A stretch of DNA of 64,000 nucleotides. Source: Bacteroidota bacterium (lineage in GTDB: Bacteria; Bacteroidota; Bacteroidia; AKYH767-A; OLB10). Every line of letters begins with the position of its first letter. Position 1 is the stretch's first letter. Location: NCBI GenBank assembly GCA_046302815.1, contig JBKCHO010000014.1:6530-70529 (forward strand), in the 5' to 3' direction. The notes under the pieces were generated by a model. That model was not told where the DNA came from. It ran no database searches and saw nothing but the letters and a program-made list of their open reading frames with translations. The translations under genes and the position numbers were made by a program. This document shows, in pieces, positions 8,468-17,825 of this stretch.

Positions 8468-9946
8468 ATGACAACAAATCCACGCCTGATTACTTCCGAA
8501 GCGGTTTCGGAAGGCCACCCAGACAAACTCGCAGATCGCATATCCGATGCCATCTTGGATGCATACCTGGAGGTTGATCCAAAAGCCAAAGTAGCATGTG
8601 AAACCCTGATCACCACGGGTAAAGTGATTATTGCCGGTGAGATATCGGCAACTGGCAAGCCTGCAAATACATTGATTGAAATAGCTCGTGAAGTGCTAAG
8701 GCAAACAGGATATACATCCGAAGCCGTCGGCTTCAACTGTGATACCGCTACCTATATCGACCTTACACACTCCCAAAGTCCTGAGATCTCCTCTAGTGTT
8801 GAACACGGAGGGGCAGGTGATCAAGGCGTGATGTTCGGATTTGCCTGTGATGAAACACCGCAGCTCATGCCGTTAGCGATCACCATCAGCCATGAGATAC
8901 TGGAAGCATTGACGGAAAAAAGGAAATCCGGAGAGATGCCATTCCTTCGACCAGATGCAAAATCACAGGTGACCATCCGCTATGAATATGGTCAACCAAC
9001 AGCGGCACATGTGGTGATTGTATCCACCCAACACGATGAAACGATTGAGCGCAGCCGATTACGAAATATCATAGAGGATCAAGTGGTGAGTCCTATTCTT
9101 CGAAAACATTTTGGAACCGGCAATGCAATGGTCATCGTAAATCCATCAGGTAGCTTTACGATTGGAGGCCCTCATGGAGATACAGGATTAACAGGTCGAA
9201 AGATCATTGTAGACTCCTATGGTGGTGCTTGTCCACATGGAGGAGGTGCGTTTTCGGGGAAAGATGCCAGCAAGGTGGACCGGTCGGCAGCATACATGGC
9301 GCGGTACATCGCCAAACATGTCGTTGCAGCAGGACTCGCCACCAAGTGTACCGTCCAGCTTAGCTATGGCATAGCCATAGACTCCCCCATATCCATTGAC
9401 GTGGACCTCTATGGAAGCTCCGTATATGTCGATAGCGGCGTTTCAAATGCATGCAAACGAATCTTCGACCTGCGCCCATCCAAGATTGCAGAAAAACTCG
9501 GACTGAACAAACCGATTTTCGCCGCAACAGCATCTGGTGGACATTTCGGAAGAGAGGAATTTCCATGGGAGCAACTGGACCCTGGTATCATTGCGGCTTT
9601 ACAATCGGATGAGGAGACACGAATGGACAAGGTTGAGCTGGAGCGGAGAGAACGGGCGCGAAAAGAACATGAAGGAAAACAAAAATACGCGTTACTTCCA
9701 ACGCAGGAACTCATCAATACATTCAATAAGATTGGTAGTATGGAGTTTGAAACCATTCCTCCCAGCGCAATGCTTGCAATCAAGTTCATCCACCATGAAC
9801 TCTTCCAACGAGGAATCAACTGCGACCTGATCAATCAGCGGAATGAAGCGGGCAATATCACGGGATGCACCTTCACCATTCCCATAAGAATTGAAGACAT
9901 TGATGGCAGACCAACCTTGGTAAGGGCGAATGGAGAAATGGAATAA
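8468..9946 (+). CDS. metK: S-adenosylmethionine synthetase with a ~107-aa C-terminal extension
   Basis: SEAVSEGHPDK, ACET, AGE, GAGDQG, RPDAKSQV, GDTGLTGRK, GGGAFSGKD, KVDRSAAY and FPWE (residues 365-368) are all present. The ORF then continues to residue 492. Confidence 0.93.
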   Translation: MTTNPRLITSEAVSEGHPDKLADRISDAILDAYLEVDPKAKVACETLITTGKVIIAGEISATGKPANTLIEIAREVLRQTGYTSEAVGFNCDTATYIDLTHSQSPEISSSVEHGGAGDQGVMFGFACDETPQLMPLAITISHEILEALTEKRKSGEMPFLRPDAKSQVTIRYEYGQPTAAHVVIVSTQHDETIERSRLRNIIEDQVVSPILRKHFGTGNAMVIVNPSGSFTIGGPHGDTGLTGRKIIVDSYGGACPHGGGAFSGKDASKVDRSAAYMARYIAKHVVAAGLATKCTVQLSYGIAIDSPISIDVDLYGSSVYVDSGVSNACKRIFDLRPSKIAEKLGLNKPIFAATASGGHFGREEFPWEQLDPGIIAALQSDEETRMDKVELERRERARKEHEGKQKYALLPTQELINTFNKIGSMEFETIPPSAMLAIKFIHHELFQRGINCDLINQRNEAGNITGCTFTIPIRIEDIDGRPTLVRANGEME

Positions 9947-9958
9947 CCGTCAGTTGCA

Positions 9959-10354
9959 ATGAAAATGGAAAGAGATGAATTGAAGAAACAGCTTGAGCTA
10001 TTCAAAAAGGAGTATCAACAAATATTTGGTAAAATGACCGACCAGAAGTTAGTGGACTCCCACAACAGTGCTTGCAAAATAAAAGCATGGGGCTTGTTCG
10101 TTGCCGTTTATACCGAAGCAAGGAAGGAAGAGCTGCTGAAACGTTTTCCCGATACCACAAACGTAATCGAAAAAAAAGGTCATGAATCCTATTCTTACAG
10201 CTTACGACCGCGAGGTGTTTGGATCGCATATATCAACGGGGTGAAAACCTTGGCTTGCTCCGAGCTTGACGACCAGCCTCCAACCAAACCGAAAACAGAG
10301 CCCTTTAACAAGGATCCGGATGGACATCAACTGGATTCTATGAGCTTGAACTGA
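9959..10354 (+). CDS. Hypothetical 131-aa protein (orfC), probably cotranscribed with metK
   Basis: Starts 12 nt after the metK stop. Its N-terminal half shares a residue pattern with the MetK extension. Confidence 0.7.
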   Translation: MKMERDELKKQLELFKKEYQQIFGKMTDQKLVDSHNSACKIKAWGLFVAVYTEARKEELLKRFPDTTNVIEKKGHESYSYSLRPRGVWIAYINGVKTLACSELDDQPPTKPKTEPFNKDPDGHQLDSMSLN

Positions 10355-10427
10355 TTGAATCGCCTGTAAAACCCTTGTTTTTTGATTAACTTTAAAACTT
10401 TGGGGCTTTAGATTGTTATTACTGAGC

Positions 10428-11531
10428 ATGCGCACTGGTTATAAGTTCATTCCTTACGAAGCAGCTGACGAATCTCCATTCGACAAGCTCTTCGGCATAT
10501 TCAAAGAGCTGATTGTCCATACCTCGGGCGACTTCGACGAGGCTATAGATTGGCTGCGTGAGTTGGACAAGGAATACCAATTGACCAACGAGGCTTATAC
10601 CATTGATGATTTCATCGAGGATTTGAAAAAGCGGGGCTATATCCGAGAAGCGGGTGCCGAGCCGGGCTCTGGTGGAGCCCTGACCGCCAAAATGGAGCGA
10701 GTTATCCGGCAATCGGCCTTGGAGCAAATATTCAAAAACCTGAAGCGAGCAGGATCGGGAAACCACCAAACCTCCTATACGGGTTCTGGTGATGAACATA
10801 CCGGCGAACTACGCGATTTTCGATTTGGTGATTCTTTGGAGCAGATACACATGCCCGAGAGTCTGCGGAAAGCCCAAATTGCTCATGGGATTGACGATTT
10901 CCAAATCAGTGAACAGGATTTGGTTGTTGAAGACACATTTCATAAATCGCAGATGAGCACCGTGCTCATGATCGATATCAGCCATAGCATGATCCTGTAC
11001 GGTGAAGATCGAATCACCCCTGCCAAAAAGGTGGCCATGGCCTTGGCTGAACTCATTCGCACGCGATATCCTAAAGACACTTTGGACATCATTGTTTTTG
11101 GGAACGATGCCTGGCCCGTTACCTTGAAAGAACTGCCCTATCTGCAAGTGGGACCCTATCACACCAACACCGTTGCAGGGCTGCAGCTGGCGATGGATAT
11201 TCTTCGCAGAAAAAGAAACACCAATAAGCAAATATTCATGATCACCGATGGCAAGCCCAGCTGCCTTCGCAACAGGGATGGCACCTATTATTTCAATTCA
11301 AACGGACTGGATCAGTCCATTGTTGACCGCTGTTACGCTGAAGCCATGCAAGCCCGCAAATTGCACATCCCCATCACCACATTCATGATTGCCCGCGATC
11401 CATACTTGCAGCAATTCGTGAGCAATTTCACAGAAGCCAATCAAGGCAAAGCCTATTTTGCCGGACTGAAAGGATTGGGGCAAATGATCTATGAAGACTA
11501 TCGAAAGAGTAGAAGAAGAAAATCGCTCTGA
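10428..11531 (+). CDS. VWA domain protein; probable start MRTGY
   Basis: MIDAS-type motif DISHS (DxSxS), HTNTVAGL and IFMITDG. Confidence 0.85.
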   Translation: MRTGYKFIPYEAADESPFDKLFGIFKELIVHTSGDFDEAIDWLRELDKEYQLTNEAYTIDDFIEDLKKRGYIREAGAEPGSGGALTAKMERVIRQSALEQIFKNLKRAGSGNHQTSYTGSGDEHTGELRDFRFGDSLEQIHMPESLRKAQIAHGIDDFQISEQDLVVEDTFHKSQMSTVLMIDISHSMILYGEDRITPAKKVAMALAELIRTRYPKDTLDIIVFGNDAWPVTLKELPYLQVGPYHTNTVAGLQLAMDILRRKRNTNKQIFMITDGKPSCLRNRDGTYYFNSNGLDQSIVDRCYAEAMQARKLHIPITTFMIARDPYLQQFVSNFTEANQGKAYFAGLKGLGQMIYEDYRKSRRRKSL

Positions 11532-11557
11532 AAAACCCCTACCGAAAACTCGAAAAA

Positions 11558-13024
11558 ATGAACCTAACTGAAATCAACACCCTTGGCGAATTAAAAAAAC
11601 ATGTTGCTCCAAAGCCGCATGAAGGCATCAAAGAAGAATTGCGTCGCAACCTCATAGCTGCATTGAAGAACGGTGACAATCCGTTTGAAGGAATTCATGG
11701 TTATGAAGATACTGTTATCCCAGAACTTCAACGGGCAATTCTTTCCAAGCACAACATCAACCTACTTGGTTTACGCGGACAAGCCAAAACCCGCATTGCG
11801 CGGATGATGGTGAATCTTTTGGATGAGTGGATGCCGATTGTTGCCGGTTCGGAAGTGAACGATGACCCGTTCAGTCCTTTGTCGAGATACGCCAAAGACA
11901 CCATCGCAAAATTGGGAGATGAAACTCCAATTTCCTGGATACATAGAAACGATCGCTTTGTGGAAAAACTCGCCACACCCGATGTTACTGTGGCAGATCT
12001 GATCGGTGATGTGGATCCCATCAAAGCCGCCAACATGAAGCTGTCTTATGCCGATGAGCGCGTCATCCATTTTGGAATGATTCCCCGAGCCAACCGCTGC
12101 ATATTTGTGATCAATGAGCTGCCCGACCTGCAAGCCCGCATTCAAGTGGCGCTGTTCAATATCTTACAGGAAGGAGACATCCAGATCCGCGGATTCAAAT
12201 TGAGATTTCCATTGGACATGCAATTTATTTTCACTGCCAACCCAGAAGATTATACGAACCGAGGCAGTATCGTTACCCCTTTGAAAGATCGTATTGGATC
12301 ACAAATATTGACGCACTATCCGGATTCGGTTGAGGTAGCTGCTAAGATAACTTCACAGGAAATCCGAACCGAAAAGCAAGAACATATCTATATTCCAACA
12401 TTGGCCACCATTCTGATAGAGCAGATTGCATTCGAGGCTCGCCAAAGCGAATATGTGGATGTGAAGAGCGGTGTCAGCGCGAGAATGAGCATTTCTGCAA
12501 TGGAAAATCTAATCAGCGCCGCCGAATTACGCGCATTGAAATACGGTTTGAAGCAAACATCCATCCGCCTTAGCGATTTCCTCGCCATTATTCCTGCATT
12601 GACGGGAAAGATGGAGATTGCGTACGAAGGTGAACAGGAGGGTGCTCGCTTTGTTGCAGAACATCTGATACGACAAGCGATTAAGTCTACTTTCGAAGCA
12701 ATTTTTCCGAAAATAACAAAATTGCAAAAACAAGATGTTGTCGGACCTTATCAAGAAGTTATAGAATGGTTCGCTAATGCTGATGAGGATTTCGAACTCA
12801 CCGAAAATATGGACGATAAATCGTACCATGCACAACTCAATAAAATCATTTCGCTAACACGGTTGGTGGACAAATATCACCCTGTAAAAAATCCGGGAGA
12901 TAAGGCTTTGTTACAAGAGATGATTCTTTGGTCATTAGTTGAACACAAGAAGCTGAGCCAGGTCAAAGTTGACCAAGGCGTTGGTTACTCCGGCGGTTTG
13001 AACGAACTGCTGAAGGGATTGTAG
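11558..13024 (+). CDS. AAA+ ATPase, Mg-chelatase/MoxR-related partner of the VWA protein
   Basis: Walker A variant GLRGQAKT, Walker B variant FVINE, FTANPEDY and PLKDRI. Confidence 0.85.
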   Translation: MNLTEINTLGELKKHVAPKPHEGIKEELRRNLIAALKNGDNPFEGIHGYEDTVIPELQRAILSKHNINLLGLRGQAKTRIARMMVNLLDEWMPIVAGSEVNDDPFSPLSRYAKDTIAKLGDETPISWIHRNDRFVEKLATPDVTVADLIGDVDPIKAANMKLSYADERVIHFGMIPRANRCIFVINELPDLQARIQVALFNILQEGDIQIRGFKLRFPLDMQFIFTANPEDYTNRGSIVTPLKDRIGSQILTHYPDSVEVAAKITSQEIRTEKQEHIYIPTLATILIEQIAFEARQSEYVDVKSGVSARMSISAMENLISAAELRALKYGLKQTSIRLSDFLAIIPALTGKMEIAYEGEQEGARFVAEHLIRQAIKSTFEAIFPKITKLQKQDVVGPYQEVIEWFANADEDFELTENMDDKSYHAQLNKIISLTRLVDKYHPVKNPGDKALLQEMILWSLVEHKKLSQVKVDQGVGYSGGLNELLKGL

Positions 13025-13063
13025 ACCTTTTTATTCTTGAACATATTTGAATTTGTCTAAAAG

Positions 13064-13093
13064 AAAAAGGCCTGTTTTGATACAGGCCTTTTT
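13064..13093. terminator. Bidirectional intrinsic terminator
   Basis: AAAAAGGCCTG-TTTTGATA-CAGGCCTTTTT between convergent genes. Confidence 0.85.
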
Positions 13094-13115
13094 GATGCTT
13101 GAATTTCAAAGTTAT

Positions 13116-15560
13116 TTATTGCTTTATGAATCGAGCTGACCGGATCGAACCATTGAATTCAGCTTGAAGATAATAAATGCCCAGTGGTAAAGATGAAACA
13201 TCGATGCCCAATTGGCTCTCGCCCATGGTAACATCCCCCTCGGATGTGTAAACGATTCTTCCACTGATATCCATTATCGCAATCCTTGCTTTCGAATCGA
13301 GAGTAGATTTGAATTGCACTATTAGTTTTTCGGACACAATATTTGGATTCACGCTCATCTCAACCATGTCCGATTCCATTCCTGATTCGCCAATATCCCT
13401 GCACGGGAATGTGATAGCCAGACTGCGATATGCACTTGAACCACAAGCATTGTTGGCGCGAACACTTACATTACCTGTGGATGTTTTGAAATTCACAAAC
13501 ACATTTGCGAATGAGGTTACCAAAGCTGTGCTACTCGATGTAACAGTTCCCGCCTGGATACGCGCTCCTGATGGAACAGTCCAACGGTAAGATGTTGCGC
13601 TTGGCACCGGTGCAATACTGTAGGGAACACCTTGCTGATTCCTACAAGGTGTTGTTGTTCCAGTGATTGGTCCAGGTAAAGCTGGTATTCTGGCTATGGA
13701 TAAAGTCCTGGCCGAGCTGGTTCCACAAGCATTAGTGGCGGTTACAGATAAGGTGAGTGCAGTAGTTCCTGAAGTAAATGAAGCCGTAATCGCACTTGTT
13801 CCTTGCCCTGTAGTTACAGTACCATTTGTAGAGGATAAGGTCCAATTGTAGGAGGTGACAGTGCTGTCGGCAACCACGCTATATGGTATGCCAGTAACAG
13901 AGCAAGCGCCAGTAGTAGGGCCTGTAATAATCGACGGAGCTGCAGGAATATTCCTACTAACAGCAACAGATGCACTACCGCTGGAACCACATGCATTGAC
14001 TGCCGCTACAGTGATGTTACCAGATGCAGGGAAGCTGGTTCCAAAAGAAACAGAAATGGCGTTTGTACCCTGCCCAGATGTGATGGTCGCACCTGTTGGC
14101 ACAACCCAATTATACGATGTGGCTCCAGAAACAGCTGCTACACTAAATGTGCGAATGTTACCTGGACAAATCAAATTGCTGCCACCACCAATGGCAACTG
14201 CACCTGGAGTTGGAGGCGTTGGACAACTCACACAAGAAGTCAAGCATGCGGCATTGTTGATGGCATTCACCATCACGGAAGTGGGCTGAGGCCCGAATCC
14301 ATTATTGAAGTTGATACCAACACCATTGACTAAATGGCAATAGCTCATGATGGTTCCAGCAACTGGAAGCGGTCCTGCGGCGCACGAACCTGAATTGTAT
14401 CCAGCAGCTGGACCACAACCATCGATTCGAGTGTTGTTTCCATTCCAAACACAATCATGTGTATGTCGGGAACCTAAAAGGTGTCCGCCTTCATGCGTGA
14501 CAACCTCAACAGACCATGAATAAGTTGGTACATTTTGGTAAGTAGAGTTGATCGCGCTATAGCCCATCTTGTATTGATTCGATGTGGAACAAAGTCCATT
14601 CACATAGGCAACTCCACCTCCACCATTGTATCCGATCAGCATGGCCAAATCACCAGCAAAAGAAGTCCGGTATGCGCCGAACTGATTCAAATAGTTGGAA
14701 GTAGTAGTTCCGGTGTACGGATCAGTTGTATCCCAAATAAACAAGGTTTGAAGCGTTGTGGAAATACCATCGTTGTTGTACAATGTGTTGACTTGATTGA
14801 ATAGCCCTTGCATATAGGTGTTCACTGCTGACAAACTTCCCTTTTGGTTGTATATATCTTGGTCTGTTTCCCAATACCAATCAACACACTTGGTAGTTAA
14901 AGTTCCTGGAGGAACAGGCTCTAATCGCAAGGCTTCTTCAGGAAGCGGATTGGCTAGAATTGATGTGTTGGCACCACAGGTGTAAGAATGACTTGCTGCA
15001 ATTTCCTTATCATTAAACACTACATGCCGACCTGATGCATCATTGGCCAAACGACCAACCACAAAATTTCCTTGATCATTGCTGATTATGGCCATGATAT
15101 CATTTTGCGTGATAGTCATGCTGACCACTGAACGGTAATCGTCTTCAACAATACCTTGGTAGTGGGCGATTCCCTTGGTGCCATCAAACCTAGTCCCACT
15201 GCTTGTGATCACTTGAAAACCCTCGGAAAGGATATCGACCTTATACATCACCAACCGAAAGGTTCCTTGATCAGCAGGAATCGTTGTAGCAAAAAACTCT
15301 GGAAAGACCTCACCAATTCCGATGTTTCGGAGCGACTCGAATTCCAAAATCTTGTGGTTAATACCTGACTGGAGCAGCTGCTCAGAAACAGGCTGAAAGG
15401 ACTCTTTGAAAAGCTGTTGCTCTTCAAATGAAACTTGTCGGTCTAATAGTTTTCTTACTTCCCTACCGATTCTACCATGGTTCTCCAATGAAGTATTTCC
15501 CGCATAAACAGGAAATAAAGGTAGCCATGCAAATACGAAACAGATAATCGCTTTTTTCAT
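13116..15560 (-). CDS. M12B/reprolysin-like zinc metallopeptidase with PKD-like repeats and T9SS CTD; start MKKAII
   Basis: Signal peptide, HEGGHLLGSRH (HExxHxxGxxH), Met-turn GTIMSYC, three Y.W....G..I..GQGT..I.V.F repeats, and a CTD. Confidence 0.88.
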   Translation of the reverse strand: MKKAIICFVFAWLPLFPVYAGNTSLENHGRIGREVRKLLDRQVSFEEQQLFKESFQPVSEQLLQSGINHKILEFESLRNIGIGEVFPEFFATTIPADQGTFRLVMYKVDILSEGFQVITSSGTRFDGTKGIAHYQGIVEDDYRSVVSMTITQNDIMAIISNDQGNFVVGRLANDASGRHVVFNDKEIAASHSYTCGANTSILANPLPEEALRLEPVPPGTLTTKCVDWYWETDQDIYNQKGSLSAVNTYMQGLFNQVNTLYNNDGISTTLQTLFIWDTTDPYTGTTTSNYLNQFGAYRTSFAGDLAMLIGYNGGGGVAYVNGLCSTSNQYKMGYSAINSTYQNVPTYSWSVEVVTHEGGHLLGSRHTHDCVWNGNNTRIDGCGPAAGYNSGSCAAGPLPVAGTIMSYCHLVNGVGINFNNGFGPQPTSVMVNAINNAACLTSCVSCPTPPTPGAVAIGGGSNLICPGNIRTFSVAAVSGATSYNWVVPTGATITSGQGTNAISVSFGTSFPASGNITVAAVNACGSSGSASVAVSRNIPAAPSIITGPTTGACSVTGIPYSVVADSTVTSYNWTLSSTNGTVTTGQGTSAITASFTSGTTALTLSVTATNACGTSSARTLSIARIPALPGPITGTTTPCRNQQGVPYSIAPVPSATSYRWTVPSGARIQAGTVTSSSTALVTSFANVFVNFKTSTGNVSVRANNACGSSAYRSLAITFPCRDIGESGMESDMVEMSVNPNIVSEKLIVQFKSTLDSKARIAIMDISGRIVYTSEGDVTMGESQLGIDVSSLPLGIYYLQAEFNGSIRSARFIKQ

Positions 15561-15724
15561 AAATAGTGATTTTGTTAAATCGAATATAAATAGGTCAATA
15601 TGCAATGTAATGCTCCACAAGCCTTTTGTCAATAAGTTTCGGGTTTTGACGCTTGGCCAGCAGTGATTATCAATGCAAAAGCAATGTGCTGAATAAATAA
15701 GATATTCGTTTTGTAAACGATTAT

Positions 15725-17701
15725 CTACCCGTTTGAAGCTCGTTCCACAAAATACATATCCATGGATCCCCTGTTTTTTATTTCTATCAATCCCCTACTC
15801 TCGCTGTTGAATTCGGATGAAAGTAATTTCATGGTAGCGGCACTTACATTAACTTTTCCGGGCTCACCTGATGATTCCATTCGAGATGCTATGTTCACAT
15901 CATCGCCCCATAAGTCGAATTGGAACTTTTTGGTTCCTACGACACCAGAAACTACGGTTCCCGAATGCAATCCGATTCGTATTTCAAAGGTCTTGCCACC
16001 AATTTGGCCTACATCTCTAAATCTATCTGACATGAACTGCCGTATTTCCAAGGCAGCGCTAACCATGTCCAATGCATGATTGGGGTTAGGTAAAGGCAAA
16101 CCAGAAACACACATGTACGCATCGCCAATCGTTTTGATTTTTTCTATGCGATACTTACCAATGATTGCATCAAAGGCTTTGAAGCAATGGTCGATTTCAG
16201 CAACCAGCTGCTCGGGCGTTAGTTCGGCGCTGATTCCTGTGAAGTTGCGAAAATCGGTGAACATGATGGTAACCTCATCGTGCTTGCGAACTTTTGCAAC
16301 ACCAAGCTTTTTCAATTCGTTGGCGGTCTCCTCCGGAAGGATGTTTAGCAAAAGCTCCTCGCTCCGTTTCTTCTCCTTGGCAATGCGGTTGCGCTGGCGC
16401 ATCAATACAATCGAGAAACCCAAAACAAGCGCCAATACGGCGAAGGTATAATTGCGTATCAATTTTTGCCTTTCAATGACAAGCTCCATTTCGGCACGCT
16501 GTTGTTTTTTTTGTAGATCACTGATTTTCCTAGAGGACTCTAAACCAAAAACGCTATCGCGGACCTGGAAAAACAGTTTGTGGTTTTTGAGCGCCTCCGG
16601 TATGTTGCCATTGCCCTCATAGGCCTTTGACAACAACTCATAAATGTCGGATAACTCTTTTTTCATACCCAATGATTCGGCACCCTTTGCAGCTTCCTCC
16701 AAAAAAACAATTGCATCGGTCCATCTGCCTTCCTCGACTCTTATCTCCCCAATTCCCTTTCGACACCAAACGGCCGCGAATGGGTCGTCTAGCCGTATGG
16801 CATCGGCCAATGCAGATTGCCTCAAATGCAATGCAGAGTCACGAACAAGTGACTGTACATTTGAACTGCTAGCGCCAGGCAAACTTCCAAATATGGAGAA
16901 TGCAGAATCCGGTGGCAGCTTTGAAACAGCAAAAAAGATGTTGCTCAGATTGAATATCGAATACATTTCACCTCTTTCATTACCCATTAATTTCCGAAGC
17001 CGCAGACTTTCCTTATGGTAACCATAGGATGCCAAATAATTCTTCATATAAAAACTGACCATGCCCAAATTATTGTTGGACTGCGCCAAGCCAGAGGAAT
17101 CGTCCAACTCGCTACGCAAATCCAAACTCAATCGATGATATTGGAGCGCGTTTTCGTTGTCCTTCATGGCTTCATATACAACCCCCACATTGTTGTAGCT
17201 CTCGGCAAGCTTGTCCTTGTTTTCCGCTTTTTTACTCTGTTCAATATTGGCCAAAAAGCGCTCCAACGATTCTGCGTAGCGACTTCTTTGATAGAGGGCT
17301 ACGCCAGCCGCATCGTTGGCCTTGTATGACAAATCGAACAGGCCGCTTTTGGTGGCCGCTTTTCCAACAGAGTCATACAGCGAAAGTCCCCTTTCAAAAG
17401 CATTCGACCAAACCAACAATTCCGCTTTGAATAGCTCCGACACCAACACTTCTGATTTATTGTTGGATTGCAGCGCCATATTCACGGCCTTTTCTGCCAA
17501 ACCCAATGCTTTGGAGGTATCCTTGTCCTGGCGAGCTTTTTCGGCCTCCGATCGAATCTTTTCAATGTAACTTAAGCCAGAGTTAGATTCCTGCGCCCGA
17601 GGCTCAAAAACAAAAAAATGGATAAAGATGAATAAGACTGCCCAGTGCCGGGGCATGCAATAGACTGATTTCGACAAAGAGTGCATCTCGAAAGGACTCA
17701 T
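15725..17701 (-). CDS. Membrane-anchored TPR-sensor class III adenylate/guanylate cyclase; start may be slightly downstream
   Basis: TPR repeats (LAESYNNVGVVY, LAQSNNNLGMV), one TM helix, MFTDFRNFT, EKIKTIGDAYM and FDLWGDDVNIASRME. Confidence 0.9.
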   Translation of the reverse strand: MSPFEMHSLSKSVYCMPRHWAVLFIFIHFFVFEPRAQESNSGLSYIEKIRSEAEKARQDKDTSKALGLAEKAVNMALQSNNKSEVLVSELFKAELLVWSNAFERGLSLYDSVGKAATKSGLFDLSYKANDAAGVALYQRSRYAESLERFLANIEQSKKAENKDKLAESYNNVGVVYEAMKDNENALQYHRLSLDLRSELDDSSGLAQSNNNLGMVSFYMKNYLASYGYHKESLRLRKLMGNERGEMYSIFNLSNIFFAVSKLPPDSAFSIFGSLPGASSSNVQSLVRDSALHLRQSALADAIRLDDPFAAVWCRKGIGEIRVEEGRWTDAIVFLEEAAKGAESLGMKKELSDIYELLSKAYEGNGNIPEALKNHKLFFQVRDSVFGLESSRKISDLQKKQQRAEMELVIERQKLIRNYTFAVLALVLGFSIVLMRQRNRIAKEKKRSEELLLNILPEETANELKKLGVAKVRKHDEVTIMFTDFRNFTGISAELTPEQLVAEIDHCFKAFDAIIGKYRIEKIKTIGDAYMCVSGLPLPNPNHALDMVSAALEIRQFMSDRFRDVGQIGGKTFEIRIGLHSGTVVSGVVGTKKFQFDLWGDDVNIASRMESSGEPGKVNVSAATMKLLSSEFNSESRGLIEIKNRGSMDMYFVERASNG

Positions 17702-17825
17702 GATACAAAGAAAGCAAAGCCAAAGCCTTGTATCAAGGGGAAGTCAAGACAATTAACCTATTGACACGCGATGACATTTGCCGTAAATTTGCTTTGGGTT
17801 CCTACGCCCTGATAAAACCTGAATC

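Noticed and set aside
8350-8577. 75-aa ORF spanning the riboswitch 2 expression platform, considered as a possible leader peptide
   Set aside because: It runs out of frame into metK with no Met-rich attenuator signature. The riboswitch and terminator explain the region.
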